In this document: positions 46,031-58,491 of the stretch, piece after piece
Layout of the letters: every line of letters starts with the position of its first letter
Numbering within the stretch: the stretch's first letter is position 1
From: Prorocentrum cordatum
Taxonomy: Eukaryota
Direction: 5' to 3'
Length of the DNA: 64,000 nt
Assembly: GCA_963575745.1 (NCBI GenBank)
Contig: CAUYUJ010000186.1
Coordinates: 1-64,000 of the forward strand
The notes under the pieces: model-generated
The model's input: only the letters and a program-made list of their open reading frames with translations
Told to the model about the DNA's origin: nothing
Database searches by the model: none
Made by a program: the position numbers and the translations under genes

Positions 46031-48639
46031 GGACATCTCGACTGCTATCCGGGATACCCCCCGGATGCCCTCAGAGTCGCCCTCGAACTCCGAGCCGGTG
46101 TAAAACTCCGTCACGTGCTTAACCGTCTCTGCGAAGTACTTGTCCTTGTACGCAGAGAACGCACCCACGTCTGCATTGTGCGCCTGGCCCACCGCCGGCG
46201 CCGATTTTTCTGAGATGCCACTCGTCCCAGCCATGGCTCCTGAGCTCGAGCCCGCGGCGGGTGCCGCCGTCGATGCACTCGAACCGCCTGCCTGCACGTC
46301 CGGCCTGGGCACCGCCGGGTCGATGTCCTCCAGGGGCACTCCGGCCGGTCTCTTCCGAGGTCCCGGGGATGCCGGCCTCGCTTTCGAGCTCGCTGGTCCT
46401 GCGCTCGATGGCTGTCCTGCTCGCTTAGGCTGCCGATGTCGCACTTCATGTTGCGCTCGGGCTTCACTACCTGCATGTGGTCCCCCTTCTAATTGTAGAT
46501 GGGGCTGTGGGGGAGGTACCCTGGTCTCTGTCCTAACCTCCGGCGCATCCTCCAACATCTCTCCTCCTATGCCCTCCTCCACAGTCATGTCCACCTCCTC
46601 CTGCTCCTCCTCCGGCTTCTCGCGCACGGCGTCCTCCACCTCAGGCTCCTGCTTGGCATCTGGCGCTGCCGTCGAAGCCTTCTTCCGTCTTCTCGCCGCC
46701 GCTAGCCGGAGACGACCGTCAGGGTCCTTCTCCATCGCCTCCACGATCCGTGAACGACACGTCGGTGCATGGCCCTGCCTGGTCGAACCTCCGAAGAATA
46801 TCTCCGTGCAGGCCGGGCACTCCGGCGTCAGGCCGTACTTCTCCGTCATCTTGGCTGTGATGTACACGTCCCTCTTGAGCCCTTCCTGGGCCCCAGCGGC
46901 GCCTGGAAGAGGTAGAATAGGAAGTCCGACAGCCTCACGTCCTTCTAGAACCTGTGGTGCACGCCCCGCGCGATGTGCTACATCCCATGGCAGACCCCGA
47001 ACTTTATCAAGAAGAGCTAGATCAAAACGTTCACCGTGGGGTCGCTGCCGGAACGACTTCGCGTAGCGAACTCCGTCCTCCGCCAAGATAATAAGGCTGC
47101 CTGACCGTGCAGAATGGCCGACGTACACACCCGGAATCATGATGTTCTCGTAGTCGCGCTTGCCAGCCCTAATCGCCGCCAGCCTCGCCATAATGCACTC
47201 TCCGAACAATAATGCCGGTTTCTTCCACCGCCTGCCAGTTGACCGCTGCACCGGCGTACGTCCGTCCTCACCGACTTTGTACCGATTGGACGTCTGAGCC
47301 ACGTGCCGCGCAAGCCACGCTAGGAGCACGTGGTCCTCAGCGAGCTTCCTTCCATACCGGTCTTCGGTGGACGTCTTGAGGGCACGGATGCCCTTCTTAG
47401 CCTCGCGGACACCACTCTCAGCCGCACCATTGGCCTGGTGATCGCTCACAGGCGACTCCCGTGGCACAACTTCGATCTGCATGTCCTTCACAGCCTCCCT
47501 GCGCAGTTTCAACAACGCAGGCTCGTTGTCGCTCTTCAAGATGATCCTGCGGTACCCTAGCTCCACCAAGAAATTCGTGAAGTACTTCGCCGCATACGTG
47601 CTCGTCTTGCCGTCCAAGACAGTCGCGCCGATCATGCTGGTGACCCGGTCCTTGATGAAAACGTGCGTCGCAGCCTTCTCTCTTCCTCGCCCATGTAGAA
47701 GTAATCCGTGACGATCTCCGGAATCGCCTCCGTGCTCTCCGGGTCGTCCTCCACCACCTCGCGATGAGGTTGCCCGTAAGCCCTTGCAGCCACACAGTGC
47801 CTGCACCACGTCCGGCATTGAACGTGCCCTTGAAGTTCATGTTCCTCCACCTCCTCCCGTGACGGCTGCACGGGAATCTTCCGAGTCTTCGGACGCTGCG
47901 CTTCCTCCGATGCGTCCAGCTCCTGCCCTTGCGGCTCACGATCCCCGGCGGCGGGCTCGCCGAGGGCCGCTCTTGGGCTTACAGCCTGCCGGCCTGCCTC
48001 CGGCCCCCCGCCGGAGCCGAAGAATTGGCCGCCGCAGCCTCCATGGGAGCCAACTCCCGCTTTGACCTCGAAGCGTCGTCGTCCGGCTTCGCCCATTTAG
48101 TCGGGAACACCGTGCACGCAGCGCCCGTGTCCAGGTTGAACTTCCACAGCTCGTTCGTGCCGTCGTTCTTGTTCAGGTAGAAGTTGTACACGCCTCTCTC
48201 CTTCTTCAGCTTCAGCAGCTCCTGCTTCGGTGACGCCTCCAACTCGTTTTGGATCACCTCGTTGATCTTCTTGGCAAGGTTACTCGTCCTAGGGATCACG
48301 TTGCCGGTGTGCTCCTTCAAGATGACCATGCAATTCTCCGTGACTTTGCCTGCCGACACCAACGGCTTGTGGATGTCCGCCAGGCGCCCGTTCAACCGGA
48401 AGAGCTGGCCATTCAAGGAGCAACCAAGAAACTGGAACGGACCCTCGTCGTCCACGACCTCGCCACTCGCAGTCTTGAAGCTGTTCATGTCCACGGAGTT
48501 GACCTCGAGCTCCGGCTTCCTCAGCTCCACCTTGCCACGTTGAGGGGGTGATGACCTACTCCTCTGGGCCCTCGAACGCGAACGAATGTCAATGCCGTCA
48601 CTGCGAGACCTCGTCGCCGTACGAACCACTCCGTGTCCA

Positions 48640-49030
48640 AGTCCAGTGCCATGGTCACGTTTAGCTCCGTTATCTCGTCCGTCTCGCTGGTCAGAGCCAT
48701 CTCGATGACGATATCCAGCTCCGCTATCTCGTCCGGCTCGCTCGTCACATCCAGCTCCATAATCGCACCTAGCTCCGGTAAGTGATCCATCTCGCACGCC
48801 AGATCCGTCTCGACAGTCAGACCTAGATCCGGTATGTCGTCCAGCTCCCTTGTCAAATCCGTGTCCATAGTCAGACCTAGATCCGGTATGTCGTCCATCT
48901 CGCACGCCTGACCCGTGTCCATAGTCAGACCTAGATCCGGTATGTCGTCCATCTCGCACGCCTGACCTGTGTCCATAGTCAGACCTAGATCCGGTATGTG
49001 GTCCAGCTCCGTTGCCAGATCCGTGTCCCT
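48640..49030 (-). repeat. In-frame 54-bp (18-aa) tandem repeats between gag and protease
   Basis: atccggtatg at 48881 and 48935; peptide HTGSRSDYGHGSGVRDGR repeated. Confidence 0.9.
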
Positions 49031-50660
49031 CGGCACGCCAAGGAGCGTTATGCAATCCGGCTCGAGTGTCAGACCCATGATGGGGATGATTTTGACGACG
49101 ATGATCGTGAGGATGAGCATCATGACCACTTCCGGCTCCATCGTCGCGCCGGCCCCCGCCGTTGCGACGCCCGTCGTCGTCGCGCCAGTCTCGTGCGGGA
49201 GAGCGTGTCCTCGGGTTGCCGTGCTCGTCGAAATCGTCGCTGGTGATGCTCGTGAGAGGGCACAGGTCGAGGGTGCACAATTCAAACGCCCCCGTCTCAT
49301 GAGCTCCTCCTTGATCATGGTCATGCTCGTCCTCCTCTCCTTCCTCCTCAACAGAACGAAGTGGACGTCGATTACGATCTCGATTCTTATCCCCCTTGCC
49401 GTCTGACTTGCCTCCTTTCGGTCCTGATCCTCGTGCTTTGCCTTTGGTGTCCTTACCCTTGGAGTCCCTACCTTTGCCTTTGGGGTCGCTCTTTCCTCCA
49501 CGGCCTTTGCCGTCCTGGGGAGCTCTCCGGCAGTCGGAACTGCGATGTCCCCAGCCCCCGCAATTAAAACAGTAACCGTCGAAGCCCTTGCCGGACTTGC
49601 CCTTGCCGTCCTTGCCCTTCGGGTGCCTCTGGAGGGATCCCATGTCCACGTCCATGTCGCTGCCACGGTCTCGATGACGATCATGCTGCTGAACCTGTGG
49701 TCCACGAATCTTGGCTCCGAGCCGCGCCTCCACGTAACGCACGATCTCGGTCCTCATGTCCATGTAGGTGCCGAACCTCGTGGCGTTCAGCTGCAGGTGC
49801 GTCTCCAGCTCCTGGGGGACAAGGCTTTCGAGCGCAGCCATTTTTATGTCCTCTGGTAGGGCCCGGGCCTCTCCCCGGGACGTTTTGGAGCGCTCGTACC
49901 TCGTCACCAACTCCTCCCAACGCTCCAAGCCGCCCGCAATAACGTCCATGGAGCACCTCCCGGGGTTGATGATCTGCCTAAGTAGGTTGCGAACCCTACC
50001 CCCAGTAAGTGGGTCGAACCGTCTGCTTAACTTCCGCCAGGCTTCCATCCCGTTGGACCCAGAGTTGCACACGATGTCATTGGCCTCGCCCTCTGTGATC
50101 TGGACCAACATGCTGTACACCTGGTGGGACTTCTCCAAAATGTCATCGATCTTGTTGGCTGGATCCGCATCGTCGCCAAAGGCCTGCAGCAGTATGTCGT
50201 TCGTGATGGTCTCCTTATTCTCGATGGCCCATTCCATCACGTCGTCCAGAGACGGGTGCACGCTCATGATGAAGTTCTGGGTCTTCCTCTGCCACACGCC
50301 GAACTTCTTCTCTAGATCCTTCTCGTCCCCGCCTCCAAACGTAGTGGGTTTGCCTATGCCCTTGGTGTCCACAAGGGATGACGACCCACTCTTCGCAGCC
50401 ATCTTGTCGATCGACGTCGCGAGGCGCTCGATGACCGACGTCTTGGCCTGCTCCGCCGCAAGCTGTTGACGTAGTAATTGAATGTCTTGTTGTTGACGTT
50501 CCAGCGTCGCCTGAAGCTGTTGCACAATCTGCTCCATTGTGTCGAACTCTACCTGAATGTTGAACTCTACCTTTATGTTGAAGTTAACCCTGGTGTTGAA
50601 CTCTGGCTCAAGCCGTTCACGAAATAAACGAACCTATCGAGGAACGGGTGCGCGCGTATT

Positions 50661-50682
50661 GGGCTCTACCAGTGCGCTACCA
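50661..50682 (-). promoter_or_regulatory. Primer-binding site (tRNA 3'-end type, tRNAiMet-like), with a second TGGTAG copy
   Basis: The minus strand after the LTR reads TGGTAGCGCAC TGGTAGAGCCC; the Ty1 PBS begins TGGTAGCGCC. Confidence 0.8.
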
Positions 50683-50807
50683 TAATCAAGTTAGCTTGCT
50701 TTTTCACTGAACCAAACGGCTATGGATACATCCCTACCTTACCTGCATCTTCCTACCTTCCCATGCTAATGATACACTGCTGCATGAACACATGAGCACT
50801 CTGATCA
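50683..50807 (-). repeat. 5' LTR of Copia-2
   Basis: Direct repeat of 43403-43527, followed by TSD CACAG. Confidence 0.96.
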
Positions 50808-51789
50808 CACAGGAAACAACATAGCAACGCATGCAATGACATCATGGAGTGTACACATCATAACATAACACCACAAATCATAGCAAGCAAGGGCAGAACA
50901 CAGCATACCATAGCGTACCACAACGGAGCATAACATGTCACACACTGGCATAACACATCATGATACAACATAGAGTCGCTGCAAATCATGACATGACAAA
51001 GCATTTCACCACATGGTAATACTTTGTATTCCAACATAAATCAACCGCGACGTACGCGCCGACGTCAAGCTGGCCACAAGGGCAAACATGTGCAGCAACG
51101 CACGATCGGGCGACGTATCTATCGTGACAGGCGTCACGGCGTCACGCCAGCCCGTCGAGGACAAAACCAACATAATAGAGCACAACGCAATATAACATGA
51201 TCAAGCCAACACACTACAACTAATAGAGCGCACCGTAGCCAGCATACCATAACACAACTGCTGTACTATTGCTAGCCCTACGCCGGCGATATATAAAGCC
51301 TGTGCATTCACCAAACTCTGCCAGGCTCTTGAAGGGGGCCCCGAGAGAGACGATCCCACTTTTTCCTTCAATGCGATGAAGCGCGAGGCGGGAAGCACAG
51401 AGCTGCCCAGCCGGGCAAGGAGCAACAAACTGTCAGCGACTCGTTGAAAGCAGGCCCTCCAGGGAAGAAAGAAGAAAGAGAAAGCGAGGGAGGGGGGGGA
51501 GGAAGAGCTTGAACCGTAACAACGTACGGCCGAGAACATACATTGCAAGCATACAGTCATGAACACAACCAGCTTGTGCATCCACCAATCTCTGCCAGGT
51601 TCTTGAAGGGGGCTCCGAAAGAGACGATCCCACATTTTCCTTCAATGCGATGAAGCGCGAGGCGGGAAGCACAGAGCTGCCCAGCCGGGCAATGAGCAAA
51701 AAACTGTCAGCGACTCGTGGAAAGCAGGCCCACACCCGCAGGAGAGAAATGGCCCCACGGCCGCATCACACACCAAAGCGATCAGCTAT

Positions 51790-52500
51790 CGCTTCCGCGC
51801 GTTGCCGATCAACGGCAAGAGTGAGAACAGAAGCGATCTGCGTGCGCAGCTGGCTAGGGTATGGGCAGGCAGTCGCAGTCCAGTGACGGTTACTGACAGG
51901 GTCACGGCCGACGAGCTCGAGGTGAGCGCGCCGGCGCGCGAACATTTACCAGCAATAGGGCTGCAGCGGCGGCCCAACTTCAGACAATTGGCGCCAACGT
52001 GCCAGAAGGCAATCCTGGTCCTCTTGCGCCAGGGCATGCCAAACTGGCAACAATCAAGAACAACTTCATGGCAGCACGGATGAGACAAGAACTATTTTAT
52101 GGCAGGTACCTGCCAGAACAGAGAGGTGTGAGGGTTCTCAATAGCCACAGGACAGGTTATACAGTATGCACAGGCGAATGATCTTGAGGCTGAAATCTAA
52201 AAACAGGTTTCCCACGTTCACCGCTGCCAAGTCCTTTTTCAGGAAGGCCGGGGAGGCCAAGGGGGAAGAGGGAAGAGCGGAGAGGGGGGCGCCTAGCAGC
52301 GGAGAGCGTGGTGCAAGGGGTGGCTAGCCAGACGCAGCACACCGCCTTCGCGAGGATCCATCCTCGCACACGGCGGGCAAAGGCAGGGATGAGATGATTT
52401 TCAGCGGCGTGCTGCAAAAAGTCCAAGCCTATGGCACCGCGGTGGGAGCGACGGAGCTGCTTGGTGAGCCTGGCGCTCTGCCGCAGAAGAGTTCGAGAAG
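51790..52500 (-). pseudogene. C5 cytosine DNA methyltransferase, frameshifted
   Basis: LELFCG (motif I, ~52490), VWLATPCTTLS (catalytic PC), ENPHTS, DCCQFGMPWRKRTR, terminal YP. Confidence 0.8.
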
Positions 52501-52585
52501 GCGCGCCGCCGAAAGACGCGCCCGCGCTGCGCCGCTCGTCGGAACGCTTGGGCGAAGTGTCTGTCGACGTCCTTGCCCGAGGCTG

Positions 52586-53250
52586 TCAGCGCAGCGGCTT
52601 GCCCGAGCCGCGGAGGGCCTGGAGGGCGCGAAGGGGCAGGAGCTCCAGCACTTTGCTTCCGACCAGGCCGCGCTCGACGACCAGGGCGAAGCGCGCCTCC
52701 ACCTCGCGGCCGAACTCGAGGGTCGAGCTCGGCACCTGGTTCAGCTGCGACAGCACCAGGGTCTCCTTTCCGCATAGGGGCAGTCTCTGGTGGCCTGGGG
52801 CTCGGCGCCCCCAAGCTTGGGCGCGCCGACGGGCCCTGGGCAGGGCCGCCCGCACCTGCTTGCCGATCGACGGGTAGAGGCGAGCGACCGCCGCGAGCAG
52901 CTTGCTGCCGTCGGAGCCCGGGCGGCCGTCCATGCACAAAGTATTCTGGAAGGCTGCCAGTGCCGCGCCCCGCCCCGCGCGCGAGTTCCAGGGGGCGCCC
53001 TGCGCCGTGCAGAACAGGCGGAGGTCCGGCAGCAGCGCGTGGTACGACCTCTCCGTGGTCGCCTTCACCGCCGTGCGCTCCAGCGCCGACAGGGTGGGCA
53101 GCGCCGGCCTCTCGGCCGCAGCCGCGCGAGCCCGCGCGGCTCGGTCCTGCCGAAGGCGCTCGGCCACCGGCCGGCGGCGCGTCCGGCTCCCGGGCATCCC
53201 GGGCGGCAGCGCCTGCAGGTTGTGAAGGGCAGCTTGGCTCGCAAACGGTG
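52586..53250 (-). pseudogene. Tyrosine recombinase, internally deleted
   Basis: LSALERTAVKATTERSY..GSKLLAA..LPRARR..W..RAP..RLPL is colinear with the YR at 59300-60250 but jumps directly to the C-terminal GKETLVLSQ; the LRP/RH/RG-W core is absent. Confidence 0.7.
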
Positions 53251-53339
53251 GCGGAAGGTCCTGGGGGTTGAGCCTTAGCGGAGGCGGCAGCAGCAGCCCC
53301 TGAAGTAGCAGGGCACGACTTCGCACGCCGGCTGGGGCC

Positions 53340-55610
53340 ACTGAACCAGCCCAGCTTCCCCCGGGAGCCCTTGTCAGACGGGTTGAGCTCTGGGGGGCAA
53401 TGCCAGGTAGCCACGCGGGTCCCTGTGGCCAAGGAGAGGCAGCATACTGTACGCAGAGCAGCACGTAGATGAATTGACTTAGCACGGCCCTTGCAAAGGC
53501 CCAAACAGAACGGTAGATTGTCCACAATGAGAACGAGTTTAGCTCCTAAATTGTGCGAAGATCGTAGAACGTGGCAAACGGCAAGCACGGCAGCATCTCC
53601 TTCGAGGCCCAAGATGTTGCCCGGGACAACCACCTGGGACGCCAAGACAGTATCCCACTTGGAGGCCTCCGAGAGCTCGGCAGGGACCTCCCCTAAGACA
53701 GCCGACTTAGAATTTATGTATGACATGATGTCGTCGTCCCCAACGCCCGCGATGATGTTGTTCGCCCCCGGCAGGTGCTCGGCGGACTCGGCAAAGTCAC
53801 TGGAACAGGAAGGCAGTGGAGACGAGCCAAGGGCACACAGGCGAGCTTTTTCGGCACCGGCAGCGCGATACCTCCAGAGCTCGCTGCACTGCGCGACCGC
53901 GCCAGCAGTCGCTCGGGCTATGTGGCGATGGCAGACAGCCAACCCGAACGGTGAAGCATCACTGCAGCGCAAGTCCGACGACCACTGAGCCCGCCAATCC
54001 ACGCGGCAGAGCGGTAGCAAGCACCGAATGCGCCAGAGCTCCTGTCACGCACGAGGCCACAACGTTTGCTGGGAGGATGAGTCGAGGTACTTCTGTGTGA
54101 AAGCATAGCACTCGTCTAAGAGACGGAGCCCCTCGCGACGCAGAAAAGTAGACCACGCGATGTGCCCAGTTATGCACTGCATCATCTTGCCCGAGGCCTT
54201 TCCCCGGCGAAGCAAAGATTCAATGCCCAAGCGCAGGCGCCAGACATTCTCAGTCTTCAGGCTCGCGGCGCGCCCCTCCGTCATCTGGAGCCCCACGAAG
54301 CCCATCTCCCTCGGCGCCTCTGAAACCTCGTGAACGACGAGCCCCTTGCCCTGGAGATCCGAGATGATAGCTCGATTAACCTGGTTCGTCTTCACTGGCA
54401 GAGAACACAAGGAAGTTGTCGACGTAGGCGGCAGCCGCGACAGCGGTGGGTGACGAGAGCCTCGGTGGAACCTGGCCGTCCTCGATCGCCTGGTGGTCCT
54501 GGGTCCCGACGTCCCGGAGCGATTGCCTAACTACCGCCCGGCACAGATGCGTGGCCCAGCTCCACCCCATTGGCAAGACAACGAAGCAAGGTGAGACCGG
54601 GGTGCCTGGGCCAAGCGGGATTCCGTCTATCTCGTGGACCCCTACGTGGTCAGAAGAGATAAAAGGGAGGCCGAAATACTCCTCGAGGCCATCGGGGACT
54701 CTAAGGTGATAAAACGCACAGCTTAAATCGCCCGACGCCCCAAAGGCCCCCTCGGGACCAGTTTGAAAACCCGAGAAGGCCGACGAGGTGGGGAGGCGGG
54801 TCGAAGCCTCCTCTGCGAAGTAGCAGTTGCAAACTCTGGCGTCGAAAATGACGCGAAGCTGGCCGTTGCGTTTTGCGACAAAAAATACTCCTAGAAGCCC
54901 AGGCTGGGGAGACTCGCGACGCCGCGCGAGCATCCCACACCGCCGGAGCTGAATCAAAAAGTCTCTACACCGGGAGGGGGGGCGAAGGGCAGGGTCAACG
55001 TAAGGGCCGTTCGTGCAGATCGAACGGCGCTTGTCATTTGCTACTTCAACCGGCAAAAGCAAATTATCACGCCAAGACCTTAGCCAATCACGATCGACCT
55101 GGGACAGACAAGACTCCACATGGTGGGTCTGGATCCGACCTCAGGCCAAGCCACGAGGTGGCGTGCATAAGGCTTTCGGGTAGAGCTATCAGGGTAGATG
55201 GCCGACCCGGCAAGAAGCTCACGGAGGGCTTCCTTGCTGTTCAAATCTGCCGGATGGGCGCCCACCTGCTTGAAACAGCCCAAGACGTGCTGGCGCGCGA
55301 AGCGCTGGGACAAGTTGAGAGGAGGAGGAGGGGGGCCAGGAGGGCTGGAACAAGAGGCTTGCGGGAACCCATACAGCTGGTTAAGGCAACTAATGGCGGA
55401 GTCCGCCCAATCCAACATGCGTGCACGGCGGTGCTCCCTCTGCTTGACTGCGTGGCAAACGCGGGCAAGGCAAAACAACTTCCGTCCGTCTAGACAGCAG
55501 AGGTAGCGGGAACAGGTCTCTCTGGCGGTCGGCTTTCTGCGGCGCCGCCGCCGAAGACGAAAATAATGGAGGGGTAGAGCCGGCGCTGTGCTGGCCGCGC
55601 TCTGGATCAT
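53340..55610 (-). pseudogene. DIRS-type reverse transcriptase and RNase H, frameshifted
   Basis: RT: FFVAKRNGQLRVIFDAR, GDLSCAFY, VLPMGWSWA, AYVDNF, FVGL. RNase H: CSDASPFG, LEGDA, IVDNL, NPSDKGSR. Confidence 0.9.
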
Positions 55611-56942
55611 GCGTCATTGGGTTTCTTGCCCTTGCGGGCCGCTTCTCGTTCTTCTCTAGCCTTCAGTCGTTCCTTCAGCAGGGCGCGTTCGCGGGGGAGC
55701 TCCTTGGCCACCCACTCGGTGAAATCGGGGCACGCGCAAACCCCGGCTCGAACGATGTCCACTCCGTAGTAGAGGTGAGCGTCGCCGACAGCGTCCTCCT
55801 TGTGGCCGCTAAGTCGCTCCCTCCAGCGCTCCTCCTGGACCTGATGTGAGCGGGCAAGGTGCTCGGCCGTCGCGCAGTTGGGCAGGTTCATCTGGTCGTA
55901 GTACGCCATCGTCTCGAGCCGACGGCAGCGCCGCTCGTGCTCCGCCACCCCCGCGTCCTGCGGCTGGAGCTTAGCATCATGCTTCCAGCGCGCGTCGCCC
56001 TGTCGGCGACCCGCCGTTCTGCCCGATGTAGCGACGCGCCCGCATGCGTGAGCGGGGGCCCTTGATGGGCCAGTCCGGGAAGGCGTCCTCCCGGAAGCCC
56101 ATCACTGCTTTCTCGAAGGCCACCCGGCGCTCGCCCAGCAAGTCGAACTGGATCGGCGCCACCCTCAAGTCGAAGTAGCTCCCGAGCCCGCCTGCGCCCG
56201 CGATCGGCGCGGCAACGCCGAGCGCCCCGCCTGCCGCGGCACCTGCGGCAAGCGCTGGGGCGGCTGCCGCCGCCGCCGCACCAGCCAGGGCGGGAGCGCC
56301 TGCGCCTCCTGCCGGGGCGCCCAGGGCGGCCGCGCCCGCGGCGCCCGCGCCGCCGCCGGGGGCTGGCCCAGCCGCGGCCATGGCGGCGGGCAGCGCCAGC
56401 GCTCCCGCAGGCACCGGCTGCGCTGCACCGCCGAGAGCGGCCGCGAGCCCGCCAGGCCCCGCGGCGGGGGCGAGGGCTCCGGCGCCGGCCCCATCGCCGC
56501 CTGCGGGGGCACCCGGGACAACCGCAGCCGCCCCTGCGGCCGCGCCCGCCGGGCCAAAGCCCCCTCTCCCGACAGCGTTGGGGAGGAGCTGGCCGGGCGG
56601 CGCGGCAACGCCGTGCCTCGCGCAGGCTGCGACTCGAGCGGCAGCGGCCGTCGCGGCTGTCGGGGTGGCCCGAATCTGGCGCAAGGGAACGGCCCCGACG
56701 CCCTCTGGAATGCCTCCTGCCGCCGCGCCCGGCGCCACCTGTATCTCGACGATGTCTGGCCCGTTGAAGTCCTCGTCGTACTGGTCCCCATCAGGGGTGA
56801 CTATGGACACTAAATGCCCGGCATTGCTAACAAGCAGGATGACCAAACGTTCGTGCCAAAGCCGCGGGGCGTAGTTGTAGCGCACGTACACAAAATCGCG
56901 AGCCGCCAGGCCGTGAGTCAACGCGACCGGGTGGGCCGCCAT
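55607..56942 (-). pseudogene. ORF1/gag-like protein of the YR element
   Basis: First ORF of the element; LWHERLVI, Ala/Gly/Pro linker, WPIKGPRS, YDQMNL..EHLAR. Assignment is mostly positional. Confidence 0.6.
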
Positions 56943-58491
56943 CCCGCCTAGCGGCGAGCCTGGGCTGCCGCTGCTGCCTTGCGCGCCAGTCGCCTCGCCT
57001 CCTCAGCCACGTCCTCGATCGCGGGCGACGCTGTGGAGCAGGCCACTTCGACCGAGGGCAACGTCGGGGCCCCGACCGGGGCCGAGGTCGCAGACGTCGA
57101 GATCTTCGGCGACGACGGCCCCCACGCAAGGCCGACGGCCTGCGCCCGCGGCCACCCCGAGGCAGCCCAGCAAGAAGACGACGGAGATGCCCTCCTGGTG
57201 GAAGGCGCTGTTCGGCGAGAACTCCAGGCTCGGGCACTGGGGGTGGGGATCGCACTGGCACTCCGGGCAGCTGGGGCGCCCCAGCGTCGGGCAGAGGCCG
57301 CAGGTCACCACCGGCTCGCAGGCAGGGCGCTGCTGGGGGCCGCTCCGCGCGATGAGCGCAGTGGAAACACCGCGGGCGATCTCAGCCCCAGCACGCGCGA
57401 AGAACTGATGCATCGACGGTGTGTGACCCAAGGGCTTGAGCCGTAACAACGCACGGCAGAGAACAGACATTGCAAGCATACAGTCATGAATACAGCCATA
57501 CATACACACAAGGTTGGCTATATTCTTCATGTAACATACTGTGACAAACGGAGCATACCCTGAGCAGCGCCACGGATAATAGCATAACAAAGCCACACTT
57601 GACATAACATACGTATCATCGCATGACGTAGCGCCACAGAGCAGGGCATATCAGATCATAGCATATCATATCATACAAGGACAAGGGTCAACATAACAGA
57701 GCACACTATAACAGAAAAGAAACGCAACATTGAACAATTCTTCATAATATTCTGGGCCGCGCTGCAACATAATCAAACGAGGCGTGCGCGCCGACGTCAG
57801 CCCGGCTAGAGGTACAAAGGGGTGCAGCAACGACCGATCGGACGACGTATCTAGCGTGATAGGCGTCGCGGCGTCGCGCCGTCCCGTCGACAACATAACT
57901 ATACTGTAGCATAGCAGGATAATGCTGCTTTCGAGCTGGGGTGGGGAACTGCGCCAGCAGTAAATATTGCTTTAACAGTGGTTATATTTTCGTGAACATA
58001 ACAGAATCTTCGCGGTTCTGTAACGCGTTACAGCACCTGCTGAGCGACGCCACTCTTGAAAGTCCCAAACAGTTCGAACATTCGGAAATAAGGAAGCGGC
58101 AGCATGGAAAAATCCCCGGGCTGGCGGCGGGGGCCAAAAACAGCAGCAACCGAGAGCTGAACGTGCAAACCACCAATCCCTAAGCAGCGCAAGCCTAGCG
58201 GCGCGGGGAACCCCAGGGAGCGGGGTGCGAGTATCCAAACGCCCTCACACCGAGAGAGACCAAGGGGTCCACGCCGAACACGACAGACACGCCCCTAGCA
58301 TCATTCCTGTGCCCGCGCGCCCATGCTGCTTTCGAGCTGGGGCGGGGAACTGCGCCAGCAGTAAAGATTGCTTTTGCTGTGGCTATTTTTTCGTGAACAT
58401 AACAGTCTTCGCGGTTCTGTAGCGCGTCGCAGCAGCTGCAGAGCGACACCGCTCTTGAAAGTCCCATGGCATCCCAGAAACGGATGTTCGT

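Larger units (their letters stand above)
43628..50537 (-). pseudogene. Copia gag-pol (gag-CCHC-PR-IN-MTase-like-RT-RH) with two frameshifts and one stop
   Basis: Gag GMEAWRKL; CFNCGGWGHRSSDC; LDTGAA. Integrase HELQGH..WCRHC, KSDNEPA, ANGAAE. RT RSRLVVME, DISRAHF, MYGTQDA, VHGDDF. RNase H WVDADHAGD, GESEY, TDCAAA, ADPLTK. Frameshifts near 48005 and 47680; TGA at 43793. Confidence 0.95.
43403..50807 (-). mobile_element. Ty1/Copia LTR retrotransposon, 7.4 kb, recent insertion
   Basis: 125-bp LTRs 43403-43527 and 50683-50807 with 1 difference. TSD CACAG (43398-43402, 50808-50812). PPT gaggcgggg next to the 3' LTR; PBS TGGTAGCGC next to the 5' LTR. Confidence 0.97.
51301..57495 (-). mobile_element. 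Decayed tyrosine-recombinase (DIRS/Ngaro-like) retrotransposon with DNA methyltransferase and split direct repeats
   Basis: Order gag-like, RT, RNase H, YR, MTase. Repeats A1 (~57434-57495) ... B1 (~51576-51732), A2 (~51506-51570), B2 (~51301-51460). Confidence 0.88.
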
